Positions 42,415 through 54,232 are shown, numbered from the whole stretch's first letter. The stretch is DNA of 63,991 nt, filler included, from Barthelona sp. PAP020 (GCA_040182905.1; 11 parts of 11 records of this genome joined end to end with filler, not necessarily neighbours in it), one strand, 5' to 3'. Notes: generated by a model not told the origin, from the sequence alone. Numbers and translations: made by a program.

Positions 42415-44697
42415 TCAAGGATTGTTAAACCGATCTTGACAATACAATAATTGATTTAAAACATTAACAAAATGTAGTTGGCCATTCAATAATTTTTCAA
42501 TTTCATCATGAAGCAATTCAATCGTCGTTTCTTTTTCCTCAGTTTCTTCAGTTTCTAAGATATCTTCCAACGCCTTCATTTTGTGATAACATTGAACAAA
42601 CACATCAGAACCAAGAGCTTCCTCCAAATAAATATAAAGAGATTCAATTCTAGCCAGTAAACTAGTGTTATCATCTTGTTTTGGTAATTTTAAAGTTTTT
42701 CCTAACATTTTGAAGTGTCCAGTTTCATTTAAATCAACTTTACGGTCAAAAGCAAAATGATCCATCATTGATTCTTCGTCGATTTCTTCAGAATCACTCT
42801 CACTTTCATCATCTTCATCCTCTTCATTTTCATCCTTGTCATTCACTCCAACACGACGTTTGGCTTCCTCTTTTGCAAACTTTTTATCAACGGCTTCAAT
42901 TAGATCTTCCATTTCTAAAATCATAGTAGTCATTGCTTTTGCATTTTCTTCTTCAACCTCACTGGAAACCTCATCATTTTGAACATCATTGATTTCTTGT
43001 TCTTGTTTTTGTTCTAAATCTTCTTCAATATGAATTTCTTCTTTCACTGCTTCATTGACAATCAATTTATTTGATACAATTTCATTTTGGACAATTTTTT
43101 CATCTTTCGCTTCATTAGCAGTGATATTTCGATTAGGCTCAACATTAGAAATTCGTTCTTCATGTTCATTTCTCGGTGAAACAGATGAAATAGATTCAGG
43201 TCTTTTGTTATTGTTTTCTAATTTTGAAATCAATTTTCTGCGACGTTCAGCATCTCTTTGTTGTTGACGAATTCTTTCTTGTTGTTGTCTGATATAATCG
43301 TTTCGTGCTTTCCTTTGTCTTTCTTCTTCTTGTCTTCTTCTCTCTTCAAGAATCTTTTCGCGTTCTTGTTTGACACGAAGCTGATGTTGTTCTTTATCTT
43401 TTCGCATCTTTTCCAAGGCTTGTTGGGCAATTAAATGTGGTTCCATTTGAGCACGTCTTTTATTTTGCTCAGCAAGTTTCTTATTTTCTTCATACTGTTT
43501 TCGAGCAGCAATTCTTCGTTGTTCCTCCAATAACTGTTGATGACGTTGTCTATCTTCAGCACGTTTGGCTTTTTCAAGTTGTTCTTGTTCTCTTCTTTTG
43601 CGACGTTCTTCTTCCAATCTTTGAATTACCGATTGTCGGGAAATTGGTCGAGGAATATTATTCGCTTTTGGAATAGATTTTTGAGCAACATTAGCAACAT
43701 TGGCAACGTTAGACCTTTTTACAGCAGATGCAGCATTACTATTTTTATTTGGTTGTTGTCTTTGAAGTTGTTGTTGACGACGATAATCAGGATCGAGTCT
43801 TGCAACGCTATCAGGCAAATCAGCATTATTCATGTCAATTCCTTTATTATGAATAATTGTGTGACTGAATTCTGCTCTAACTAAAGTTTGTGAAAGCAAA
43901 GAACGCACACGTCTTTGAAGAGCAGGCATTCTTAACAACTGATTGATTGAAGGTCGTGAAGCAGGATTTCTTTGTAACATAACAGAAATTGTTCTGCTTA
44001 ATTCAGGGCTATATTTTGAAGAAATAGGAGGATATGAACCTTTTAAAATTCGAGCAACCAATCCTTTCATAGAATTTGCGGTGAAAGCATGTTTTAAAGT
44101 GGCCATTTCATATAAGACACAACCTAAAGACCAAATATCAGATTTATTATTGTAAGGCTTGTCCTCACATATCTCGGGTGACAAATAATATGGGGTGCCG
44201 ATGGCCGTATGTGCACAATCCATTGTATTCTTCAAAACTCTGGCAATACCAAAATCACCCATTGCCACGTTTCTATCTTTCGTTAAAAAGATATTTTGAG
44301 TTTTCAAATCTCTATGTAATATCTTTCTATCATGAACATGTTTCAAAGCTAAACACATTTGAACAAACCAAGTCCAAATTTGATCTTCTGAAAATAAAAC
44401 ACCTCTCGTGGATCTTTCTTTGATCATCTTATGCAAATCTCCTTTTTCTGCATAATCCATGACAATATGTAAAACTCGATTTTCAACAAAAGAATCACGA
44501 TACCTGACAATAAATGGATGGTTTAATTGTGATAGAACTCGAATTTCATTCAAAGCTTCACGTCTTTCATTAGCTCCCATGTTCTCAATTTGAATTGTTT
44601 TGATAATATATTGTTTTCTAGTTTCTCTGTGCCTAACAAGCTTAGCTTGACCAAAAGAACCCTTTCCAACGGTCCTCATTACTTGATAAGCATTCAT
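42415..44697 (-). CDS. NIMA-related kinase (NEK1/3/5-like)
   Basis: GKGSFG, HRDLKTQNIFL, GDFGIARVL, GTPYYLSPE, PYNNKSDIWSLG; coiled coil; NEK1-type C-terminal RIESLYIYLEEALG. Confidence 0.93.
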   Translation of the reverse strand: MNAYQVMRTVGKGSFGQAKLVRHRETRKQYIIKTIQIENMGANERREALNEIRVLSQLNHPFIVRYRDSFVENRVLHIVMDYAEKGDLHKMIKERSTRGVLFSEDQIWTWFVQMCLALKHVHDRKILHRDLKTQNIFLTKDRNVAMGDFGIARVLKNTMDCAHTAIGTPYYLSPEICEDKPYNNKSDIWSLGCVLYEMATLKHAFTANSMKGLVARILKGSYPPISSKYSPELSRTISVMLQRNPASRPSINQLLRMPALQRRVRSLLSQTLVRAEFSHTIIHNKGIDMNNADLPDSVARLDPDYRRQQQLQRQQPNKNSNAASAVKRSNVANVANVAQKSIPKANNIPRPISRQSVIQRLEEERRKRREQEQLEKAKRAEDRQRHQQLLEEQRRIAARKQYEENKKLAEQNKRRAQMEPHLIAQQALEKMRKDKEQHQLRVKQEREKILEERRRQEEERQRKARNDYIRQQQERIRQQQRDAERRRKLISKLENNNKRPESISSVSPRNEHEERISNVEPNRNITANEAKDEKIVQNEIVSNKLIVNEAVKEEIHIEEDLEQKQEQEINDVQNDEVSSEVEEENAKAMTTMILEMEDLIEAVDKKFAKEEAKRRVGVNDKDENEEDEDDESESDSEEIDEESMMDHFAFDRKVDLNETGHFKMLGKTLKLPKQDDNTSLLARIESLYIYLEEALGSDVFVQCYHKMKALEDILETEETEEKETTIELLHDEIEKLLNGQLHFVNVLNQLLYCQDRFNNP

Positions 44698-45001
44698 CTC
44701 AAATATAAAAAAATAATTTTAAATTCCAACCCAAAGTTTTTTGGCTCTATCGCTGAAGAATTTTTTTTTATTTTGTAAATATGCTGATTTGAGTGAGTTT
44801 TGTTATTTTGAGTTGCTTATTTCATCCAAATTTTTGCATGAATTCTCAGTCACACAATAAAAATGAAAAAAAAACATTAAGAAAAAAAAACGATTTATAA
44901 TAAAATATATGACAGACTACCAATTAAACAATATACATTAAAAATAAAAATGAAAATTTCAAACTTTGACCGATTGCAAATTTTTGGGTTTCATTTTGGT
45001 T

Positions 45002-46144
45002 TTACTCATTGACACCATCATTTTTATGTTGTTTCAACATTAAACGATCAAAATATGAAAAAGTGGAAGGTGGTTCAATGATAGTAAAATGTTTTTCTTT
45101 TGCTACAACAGGTGGTCCACCATAGGGAGATTCTTCAAAAGTTTCCAAAGCTTCAAAGTTTGATTCATTAGACAATAATTCTTCAGAAGATATTTCATTG
45201 GATGATTGACCAATATTTATTGTTTTTCTTTCAACGTTTTCTTCTTCGGTAACAAAATGTTGTCGAATACCATTTGACATTGTTAAAAATGGAGGAACCC
45301 ATTGATTTCCATCAGTATTATTTAAAATGCTGTGAGATAAAATTTCATTTTCTATTCCTTTGTGTTTAGAAGATTCGTTGGTTTCAATTGTAGATATTGT
45401 CATTTCTTTTCCATTGGGTGGAGGCGCATTTAAAATATCAGCATTAATTCCTGTACTTTCTACAAATTCACCTTCGAATATTGAAGGATCTAATGGTGTA
45501 TCATCACCAACAGAACAACCACCAACATTCGTTGATTCATAATTGTCATCTGTTCTCAAAGTATTGCGCGCTCTTACATTTTCAATAATTTCATCTGTGT
45601 AAGAAATCTTAGATTCTCTTGAATCCGCTCTTGATGATTGTCTTGATGAACTACGTGAAGAACTTCTTGCACTTGTTAAATATTCTTCTCGTTTCTTAAT
45701 CTCCATTCTAGACAATTTTTTTCCACTTCCAATAATTATTTTTGAAGAGTTGAGTTGTAAATCAAAGTCAATTTTGGATTTATTGGTATTTAAAGGTTTT
45801 CTACTTGAGTTAACAGCACTTCTTCTATTATTTGACAATGGTGGTTTACTTTTTGCAGCACTATCAGTATTACTTTCAGGAGAAGAAATGGAAGACGATT
45901 TTGAATCAAACGTGGACAGATGATCTTTTAATTCAACAAAATGTTCAGCTTTATACATTGGTTTGTCATGTTTTGCAGTACTCCAATAACCTTTGCCACC
46001 ATGGCTCTTTAAAGATCGTTTCTTTTTCTCCAAAGACATTCGTTTTTTTAAAATTTCTAATTGTTGAGCCATCAATTGATTTTCTTCTGCAAGAAGATTG
46101 TTTTCAAATTCTAATTCTTGATTAGATCTTTTTGAAGGTGCCAT
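45002..46144 (-). CDS. Hypothetical Ser-rich, largely disordered protein with N-terminal coiled coil
   Basis: Long ORF; start at MAPSK assumed (ORF track starts at 46210). Confidence 0.65.
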   Translation of the reverse strand: MAPSKRSNQELEFENNLLAEENQLMAQQLEILKKRMSLEKKKRSLKSHGGKGYWSTAKHDKPMYKAEHFVELKDHLSTFDSKSSSISSPESNTDSAAKSKPPLSNNRRSAVNSSRKPLNTNKSKIDFDLQLNSSKIIIGSGKKLSRMEIKKREEYLTSARSSSRSSSRQSSRADSRESKISYTDEIIENVRARNTLRTDDNYESTNVGGCSVGDDTPLDPSIFEGEFVESTGINADILNAPPPNGKEMTISTIETNESSKHKGIENEILSHSILNNTDGNQWVPPFLTMSNGIRQHFVTEEENVERKTINIGQSSNEISSEELLSNESNFEALETFEESPYGGPPVVAKEKHFTIIEPPSTFSYFDRLMLKQHKNDGVNE

Positions 46145-46289
46145 AATACAAAAAAAAGTGTCTTTCATTTTGTCAAGTCCAGAAATTTTTCTGACCATAC
46201 CTATATTCATTTAACCATTTTAGCTTTATACATTTGATAAATTTTGTTCATAAATTTTTATTTATTCATTTTTATTCACATTTTTTATC

Positions 46290-47297
46290 ATGCAAAAAGA
46301 CATAATTGTTACCGTTAAAAACATCGAACAAGCGATTTCTTATCGAGATTTGAACTGTACTCACTTCAGAATCAATTCTTCACATATTCCCACCGTAGAA
46401 TTGTTGGAACAATTTGTGAATGAATATGCACAAGACTCCAAATTGTGTAAAATACCATTATTTGTTGATTTACAAGGTTGTAAATTTCGTTTAACAAGTT
46501 TTCAACCCATTTTTGATCTCAGCGAAAATGATGAAGTTATTTTATGCTTTGAAGATGAATCGAATGATTTACATGATAAAAATATTCTGTTTGTTGAACA
46601 CAGGGTTTTACAATATATGAATGAAGTTTCTGAAATTTCAATCAATGACGGAAAGGTTTTATTAGGGGAAATCAGGGAAATCGACGGTATTTATAAGGCT
46701 AATGTTCTCAAAGGTGGAAAAATTTTGCCCAGAAAGGGTTTTAATATTAGTCCTCATCCTTTGCAACGTGTTGAATTAACTCAAAGAGATATTGATTTTG
46801 TTAATGTCACTAAAAGGTTTGATTTTATTCGTTATTGTTTATCTTTTGCATACAATGTTGAAGAAATCACACATTTGAGGTCAATCGCAGGTAATCGCCA
46901 TATTTGTTCCAAAATTGAGCGAGAAATGAGTTTAGAACGCTTGACACAACTTACGGATATTTCAGATTCAATCTGGATTTGTCGAGGTGATTTAGGTGCT
47001 CAATTAAAAGAAGAATTACCAATTTTTTATCATCATGTGATTTTGAATTTTATGAAAAATTATAAAGGTAATGTCCCTGTTATTATGGCTGGAGAAGTGT
47101 TGGAGCATATGGCAGAATCAATTGTTCCCACCAGGTCTGAAGTTTGTCATCTTACTGACTTGTATTATTACGGTTTTGCTGGAATTGTTCTTTCAAACGA
47201 AACAGTTTCAGCCCATAACGTTGAGCATGCTGAAAAGATTGTGAATACTGCATTCAATACTTTTAACACTCTCAGCAATTATGATTATAAGGCTTAA
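46290..47297 (+). CDS. Pyruvate kinase, short form lacking the C-terminal regulatory domain
   Basis: RINSSH, DLQG.K.R, NDG, KGFN, SKIE, RGDLG, PTRSEV, LSNET; ends shortly after the barrel (335 aa). Confidence 0.85.
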   Translation: MQKDIIVTVKNIEQAISYRDLNCTHFRINSSHIPTVELLEQFVNEYAQDSKLCKIPLFVDLQGCKFRLTSFQPIFDLSENDEVILCFEDESNDLHDKNILFVEHRVLQYMNEVSEISINDGKVLLGEIREIDGIYKANVLKGGKILPRKGFNISPHPLQRVELTQRDIDFVNVTKRFDFIRYCLSFAYNVEEITHLRSIAGNRHICSKIEREMSLERLTQLTDISDSIWICRGDLGAQLKEELPIFYHHVILNFMKNYKGNVPVIMAGEVLEHMAESIVPTRSEVCHLTDLYYYGFAGIVLSNETVSAHNVEHAEKIVNTAFNTFNTLSNYDYKA

Positions 47298-47766
47298 TTT
47301 AAGATAAATTATTTGTTTATTGTTGGCAATTCTGTGAATAAATAGGATTTTTTTTCTTCAAAGGTCTCATCTATTTATTGAAAATATCTTTTAGCCAATG
47401 AAAAATCGAAAGTGAAGACTTTTCTTTGTTTCATTAATTTTCAGCTACCTTTTTTGGGTCTGTTCGTTGTTTAGAATTTTTTGAAATTGTGTTCAAACAG
47501 TATTAATCGGAAAAACGGCCAAAAAAAAAAAAACCGAAAGATATTTATTAATTATCAACTTTGTGAGTATTCTTCATCATCAACAAAGGCATTCTTTTGA
47601 ATTAAATGTGTGCAATTTTCTTTATGATTGTTCATTTCATCAATATCCAAGGAAACAAACCCNNNNNNNNNNNNNNNNNNNNNNNNNNNNNNNNNNNNNN
47701 NNNNNNTTAATTAATTAANNNNNNNNNNNNNNNNNNNNNNNNNNNNNNNNNNNNNNNNNNNNCAAA

Positions 47767-48222
47767 ATGGGTCGTATGCATTCTAAAGGAAAGGGTATGT
47801 CTGGTTCAGCTACCCCTTTTTCTCGTCGTGTTCCTTCTTGGTTTGTTAGAACTCCTCAAGACATTATCGAAGTTGCTTGTGATCTTGCCAAAACTGGTAT
47901 GACTCCCTCTCAAATTGGTACTATCTTAAGAGATTCTCATGGTGTTGGTCAATTTAAAACCGTCACTGGTAACAAGCTTCTCCGTGTCCTTCGTGTTAAC
48001 GGTTTGGCCCCCAATATCCCTGAAGATCTTTATCACCTCATCAAGAAATCCCTTGCTATTCGTAGACATCTTAACACTTTCCGTACCGATAAGGATGCTA
48101 AGTTCCGTTTGATTTTGATCGAATCTCGTGTTCACAGATTAGCCCGTTATTATAAGAAGAGTGGTCAATTAAAGCCCAATTGGAAGTACAATCATCGTAC
48201 TGCTGCTCGTCTTATTGCTTAA
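47767..48222 (+). CDS. RPS13: 40S ribosomal protein S13 (uS15)
   Basis: [12 protein letters not shown]...PSQIG...PEDLY...[16 protein letters not shown]. Confidence 0.98.
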   Translation: MGRMHSKGKGMSGSATPFSRRVPSWFVRTPQDIIEVACDLAKTGMTPSQIGTILRDSHGVGQFKTVTGNKLLRVLRVNGLAPNIPEDLYHLIKKSLAIRRHLNTFRTDKDAKFRLILIESRVHRLARYYKKSGQLKPNWKYNHRTAARLIA

Positions 48223-49132
48223 GGTTAAAATAGTTTATAATAAATGATTGATGATCTTGATTTTTTTTCATGTTTGAGTCTAATTCAATGGTATAGGGAT
48301 TTTATTATGTTTGTTCATTGGGTTATTTTGATTTAAATGTTAAAATTTAAAAATACAAACAGAATGAGAAACAGATTCATTCCTTTTGTCAATTCAAATA
48401 AAGAAAAGCGAAAATTTTATTATATTTTGGATTTGACGGCTCCACCCGTTTTTGAACTTCTATTAGACCACGACACATAAAGCGATCGTTTAGACTATTG
48501 TAACAATTTTATTAAATGAATAGAACCAATTTATTGTGGTTTTGTAACAACAATCGTGTTCATTATCTTTTGAGAGATATCTGATGAAGTAAATTTTCCA
48601 GGGAATCGAAATTTGATTTTGCTATCAGTGCTTCCATAAACAGCAAAAACTTTATGGTTACAAAGAAGAGAATTTGGTGTTGTTTATGGCAATGGCAATT
48701 TAATGCTAAAAGGAAGAATTTTATTGCATGGAAGACTTTGAATTGAGGCAAATAAGCGTTTTCTTGTCCAAAAAGTCAGGTATTGTGTGTTTTGGCTATA
48801 TTTTTGGTTGAAAGATGATTTTTTGAATGTGTTTATTACATGTAAAGATGTTTCTAGTGGAAAACAATTGGCAACTAGAATAAATAACGAAATGAAAATG
48901 GCTTCTTAAATTTACAAACATGTCAAAATAACAAAGTATAGAGATTAAAACAATATGATGTGGTGATGTAAAAGCAGAATAAATTATTGAAATTTCAAAA
49001 ATTGAATCCAACAAATTCTTGGATTGGTACATTTTCATCCCAGCTTTTCCAACAACAACATAACAAACGAGTACCATCATGACTAAGGGCCATGTCAAAT
49101 ATCTTAAAGGGTACACATACACTTTGCAGTAT

Positions 49133-51000
49133 TTAACTTGTTTGTCTTCGAATAACTTCAAAAGATTTGTCAATAGAGCCAAAATAGATCAATGAACTGT
49201 CTTGAGAGAAAATAATTGAAAAAATTAATTCAACATGAACCTTGTACTTTCCCAATAACTCTCAAGATTCGACATTAAATATCCTAATTAAACCAAATTC
49301 GTCACCTATTGCCCAATACACACTATCTGGTGAAAAATAACCTGCTTCTACCCTATTTTCATCATGACTCCACATGTAAAGCTCTTCATAAGTCTCCAAA
49401 GAAAACAATTTTAAAAAATCCATCTTCACTAACAGAAGCAAAGTACTTCATTTCAGGGCTGATATATACAGATCTGACATGATCTTCATGTGCTCGAGAT
49501 TCATGCAACTTCTGTCCTTCAATTGTGTATATGGCCATGAAACCATTCCATATACCAAATGAAAGCAATTTTCCATCTGATGAAAACGACATACCTGTCA
49601 CATTCTTGACCATATCATTGATCACTCTTATTGTTCTCCATATTTCAATCTCAACAATATGAATTGCTGGACCATATCCACCAACAGCCAACAGTTTGGA
49701 GTTTGGACTAAAATTGAGACTCAATGCCATTATATACTGCTCTTCATGTGTAATTTCATGTGCTTTAGCGCTGTAAACTCTGAGTAATTTATTGTTTAAT
49801 CCTGCAACCGCAAAAAATCGTCCATCAAAACTATAATCTATATTCCAAACATCTGTATCAGGAAAATCCTGATTAAACACAGAGTTTTCTTCAAACTTTT
49901 CAATTGCACGAACTTCATTACTATTTATGCCAATTGTTTATTCATCATTGCTGCTCAAAAATTCATTTAGTTGCTGAGTTAAACGATCAACTTGATTGGT
50001 TAATTCGTGAAATCTTGTTTCATACCCATTTTTATCCAAAAGCCAAATTTTTTTTTCTTCTTTCAGCTTGGCATTCACCTTCACTAATCGCTTTTCATCA
50101 AAGCCTAAACCCTGAAAACGCACAATCAACATTTGCAAATACTCCGCAATCTCACCAAAAATTGGCCTTTCAGCGGGATCAACTCTCAAACAGTTCTTAA
50201 TAATTCCAAACCCTGGTATTGTATCCAACAATTCCTTGTTATATGGAAGTTGCCTCTGAATCAATTCTGCCATGAATTACAATTCACTGAACCCTTCAAA
50301 AGGAATAAACTCAGATATAACATGTGTTAACGTGACACCAAATGACCAAGTATCAACAGCTATCCTTATTATATTTTCCTCTTCATTAGCCAACTCAGGA
50401 TCAGCGTATCTTGCAGCACCCATCATTGAATTGGCTGAATTCCTGCTTGTATCAAAAACAAGCCCAAAATCAGCAATAGCCGGTATATACATTCCAGTAG
50501 ATTCACATTTTAATAAGATATTGTTTGGCTTAAGATCCCTCTACACCACACTTTTTTTGTGGCAAAACTCAACTGCAGCGGAAACTTGCTTCATAATAAC
50601 TAATTTCTCCTTCAAAGACAACTCAGGTATCATGTCTTCAAGAACAGCATCACAATATTCCATTTTAATACCCTTTTTGCCTTGAACCTCAGTCACCCCC
50701 AAAGACTTGCCAAATAAATGGGTGATTCAAAAGCATTGCAAAACATTCTCCATCAAGTTCATCTTTTTCAATTATTCTCGTAAAGAATTTAATTATGACA
50801 AGTTTTCCAAGTCGCTCTGCAATGTTTAAAAGAGTCCCACTTCCTAATGCAACATTATTTTCAACTATTTTAAACTAACTTCCAGGTATTTTAACATCGT
50901 TCGATCCGATAAACTTTTCCAATTTGTCAAAAGCATATTCTTTTGGTTCTTCAACAATTTTCCTCTGCTTTTTCGCGCGTTATTCCAATTCTTTTAATCC
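49133..51000 (-). pseudogene. Kinase + coiled coil + WD40 fusion pseudogene
   Basis: ORFs 50277-50492, 49938-50273 and 49386-49880 share one frame, broken by TAG 50541-50543 (VV*RDLKPNN), TAA 50277-50279 and TAA 49938-49940. Frameshifts occur near 50710 and 49400, and WD repeats continue to 49133. Confidence 0.8.
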
Positions 51001-51414
51001 CTTACATTCTTAAAAGGTGAACATGGGAAAAGTTATAAATGAAAAACATCTATTTCTTTTTTTACTTTCAAACAGATTTCAATTATTTGTGTGATTCAAG
51101 GAAATGACGAGTTATATTTATAAATTGCTTGAAAAAATATCTTTAAAAAAAAAAATTTGATCTCTTTTAAAAGAAAAAAGAAGCTACTGCTGATGATAAA
51201 CTTTTCAGACATTTTAAAATGCTTCTTTTTTCGAAGAAAGTGCCTTAACAACGATAACTTTTTTAAGGTTGGGGTTGAGAATCAATCAATAACAATAGAA
51301 GCATAAAACAACAAAACTTTTATCATTCCAAAAAAGGAAAAGAAAAAAATATAATTGTTTTAATTTTTATTTTTTTAACTATTTTCACCAAAAAAAAGAA
51401 GTGAATGAAACTTT

Positions 51415-52275
51415 TCAACCAAATTTTGCTAAAATAGCCATAAAAGCAAAACCTAAGCAAGGTGTGACAATAATATTTTCTTTGATGGTGTCGTAGAGCA
51501 CTTCAAAAAATCCGACATATAAAAATGTTCCAGCAGAAATGGAAGTGAGATAAATTGAACCAAGCTTTGATAAAGCCAGTTTGGATCCAATAAATATTCC
51601 AGTTGGAGTGGAACAACTAAAAAAAAGAACAAAAACTAAGAGGGTAACAAATGAATACCTGGATTTGGCCAAAACAACTCCCAAAGCGAAAGCTGCAAAA
51701 AATTTATGAGACAAAATACAGACGACCATAATTTTCATGGTCGATTCATCTTCTTCAGCACCAAGAGCGGTACCTGCGAGAAAAGAATGAAACGTCAAAC
51801 CAAAAAGCAAAAAAATACTGGCAATGATAGAACCATTCTTCAAATCAATATGGTCATGTTCATTTTTTTCTTTTTGTTGATCCGTTTTTTCTATCTCTTG
51901 ATTATTATTGGGTAATTGAATGTCCAGATTCATTGAGGAATATCCAATGTCTGGTTCAGTTTCTTTTTTTTTATTTATGCAGTTACCATGTATAAAAATA
52001 AAGAATTTTTCAAGTATCAACAATAATAAACATGTAGACCAGGCAAATAGTTGTGGAAGCGGATAATCAATATCAAAATCTTTATTAAATTCTGAAACAG
52101 TTTCAGCTAAAAGATGTAAAGTTCCACCACCAAGTAATATCCCTCCTGAAAAAGCAGAACCATACTTTAATATATGTTTAAATTTTTGATTATCACTTTT
52201 TGTTATTAAATATGGTAATATTCCTCCAGTAAACCCAAATAAAAGGATAAATATACTCGAAACAATCAAAAACAT
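51415..52275 (-). CDS. ZIP family zinc/iron transporter
   Basis: AFSGGILLGGGTLHLL, LTFHSFLAGTALG, ILSHKFFAAFALG, STPTGI, SAGTFLYV. Confidence 0.92.
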   Translation of the reverse strand: MFLIVSSIFILLFGFTGGILPYLITKSDNQKFKHILKYGSAFSGGILLGGGTLHLLAETVSEFNKDFDIDYPLPQLFAWSTCLLLLILEKFFIFIHGNCINKKKETEPDIGYSSMNLDIQLPNNNQEIEKTDQQKEKNEHDHIDLKNGSIIASIFLLFGLTFHSFLAGTALGAEEDESTMKIMVVCILSHKFFAAFALGVVLAKSRYSFVTLLVFVLFFSCSTPTGIFIGSKLALSKLGSIYLTSISAGTFLYVGFFEVLYDTIKENIIVTPCLGFAFMAILAKFG

Positions 52276-52718
52276 TCAAAAATAAAAAATAATAAGATAA
52301 TAAAATGTTGAGACCCATGTTTGTTATCTCAATCAATCAGTGTTAAATTATGAAAATCAATTGTTTTTGTTCAATAAATAATAACTTTTGACCAATCATC
52401 GTTGAAAGGAAAAATTAGATTATCAATTTAAAAATAAAGACCGAACATGACCAAATAATAAATTGTATTCATTTCTTCACTTCAACGATTTATTTTAAAT
52501 ACAGTTGTCTTACACTCTATATATTCAATCTTTTGAAATATTGAAAATTCTTATATGGATTTTGGTTTCCTCATTCTTCTCTTCTTTTAAAAAAAACCTC
52601 TCAAATAAAGCAATCCGAATAAAAAAATGATGAAGACAATAATAAAATTAACAATTAACTATAAAATTTATGAAAACAATATTTTTTTTAATTTGAACAT
52701 CAATATTAATCAACACAA

Positions 52719-53552
52719 TTAAAAAGGAATAATAACACCATCAATGTCTTTAACAGCATCAATAGCAATTTGAATATCTTCGTTAAAAGTATATTCATCA
52801 ATTTCCTCTTCACTAAGACCGTTGTAAGAATAATCAGCCCCGATAGTACCGCGATTATCAGCAATAAATTCATCAGTAACAATACCACTTAATTTAACAA
52901 GAGCATAATTCAAACTTTCAACGAGTGAATCTGTACATCTTTGATTAGCAAGATCAGCAAGGTATTTGATCTTTTTTAACACAAGATCAACTTCAGTAAT
53001 CTGATAAAATTTAAGACGTCTGGAATACCAGTCAGATTCAAGAATAGATTCACGAGAGAACAATTCACGATATTCACTATCATGCAATTGATAACCACCA
53101 AACGATTCATCATCAGATACCATCATGTGAACAAGAATGCGAAGAGGAGGAACAAGTAAATCAACAGTACCATCACGAATATAGGCTTGAGCAACCTTTA
53201 AATGGGCTTCACAAATGTTTTCGATTCCATCAACATAACTGGGAAGGCCTTGTTCTTCAGGACGTAAAAGAACATCATTGAAGACAATGTTAGGTGTGTC
53301 AAAGAGACGACCAAGGAATTCTTTAAGGAAACGAGAGTTAATTCTCCAACCAAGACGAGAACCTTTGACATTGCGACCTTTGTAAGGAAAATCGTCAACA
53401 CGTTCCATAAATCCATTATCAATAAGATATTTGGCAGAACGTTCATATGGCAAAAGACGAGACCAAATTTCAGGAACCAATAATGAAATGTCGTGAGACA
53501 CTTCATAATTATCACCGATGTATCCAGCAGCAGATGAAAAAGCATCATAACC
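52719..53552 (-). CDS. Pyrophosphate-dependent PEP carboxykinase (PPi-PEPCK), C-terminal part (5' truncated)
   Basis: GYDAFSSAAGYIGDNYEVSHDISLLVPEIWSR, SRLGWRI, FLGRLFDTP, LRPEEQ, YVDGIENI, PPLRIL, SDWY are characteristic of PPi-type PEPCK; strongly biased codon usage. Confidence 0.8.
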   Translation of the reverse strand, partial: GYDAFSSAAGYIGDNYEVSHDISLLVPEIWSRLLPYERSAKYLIDNGFMERVDDFPYKGRNVKGSRLGWRINSRFLKEFLGRLFDTPNIVFNDVLLRPEEQGLPSYVDGIENICEAHLKVAQAYIRDGTVDLLVPPLRILVHMMVSDDESFGGYQLHDSEYRELFSRESILESDWYSRRLKFYQITEVDLVLKKIKYLADLANQRCTDSLVESLNYALVKLSGIVTDEFIADNRGTIGADYSYNGLSEEEIDEYTFNEDIQIAIDAVKDIDGVIIPF

Positions 53553-53653
53553 NNNNNNNNNNNNNNNNNNNNNNNNNNNNNNNNNNNNNNNNNNNNTTAA
53601 TTAATTAANNNNNNNNNNNNNNNNNNNNNNNNNNNNNNNNNNNNNNNNNNNNT

Positions 53654-53962
53654 GTTACAAAGTTTTTGGCAGCCACAAACTTTGGGAAAGTGTTTCTATT
53701 TGACATTCTAAATTTGGAATCCAAAGTCACGATATTTGAAGGAAATTCGTGTATTACAAAAATGTCTAGACTAAGAGATGCCATTTTTCTTGCTACAGCA
53801 TCAGAAGGTGTTGTTCAACTGACGGATGTGGTTAGTGATAATGTTAAAGCTGAAATCATATTCAAGTATTTCACCAGTCTTTCAAATAGCGATGTCAATG
53901 CAGTTTCTGATGAGTTGTTATTGGTAGGTGATGATCAATCAGTGCATGTTTTACAAATATAA
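53654..53962 (+). CDS. C-terminal fragment of a probable WD40-like beta-propeller protein
   Basis: FLAATNFGKVFLFDI, LATASEGVVQLTD, LLVGDDQSVHVLQI*; open from the contig edge. Confidence 0.5.
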   Translation, partial: VTKFLAATNFGKVFLFDILNLESKVTIFEGNSCITKMSRLRDAIFLATASEGVVQLTDVVSDNVKAEIIFKYFTSLSNSDVNAVSDELLLVGDDQSVHVLQI

Positions 53963-54232
53963 AAGTGAATTGTTTTTTCTTCCATTTATTTTGTAAAAAA
54001 AAAAACTTTTAAATGGCTAAATTGGGTTTAAAGTGATATGTGAGTCTTTAAAGGGAATCTTGAAACACCTGAAACGGAAAATGAATAATTTTTAAAAAAA
54101 ACAATAAAAACATAATATAACAGCATTTTAGACACAATTTTTATCAGCAAGTGAAAATTTATGTTTTTGTAAAAACAACACAGTTTGAATGAACTTTTGA
54201 TTTTTTTCTTTTCTTTGAAATCTTCATTTATC

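Noticed and set aside
49938..50543. In-frame TAA/TAG suggesting TAR=Gln recoding
   Set aside because: Conserved genes end normally at TAA (RPL37, RPS13), TAG (B9D2) and TGA (RUVBL2), and this locus also has frameshifts, so it is a pseudogene
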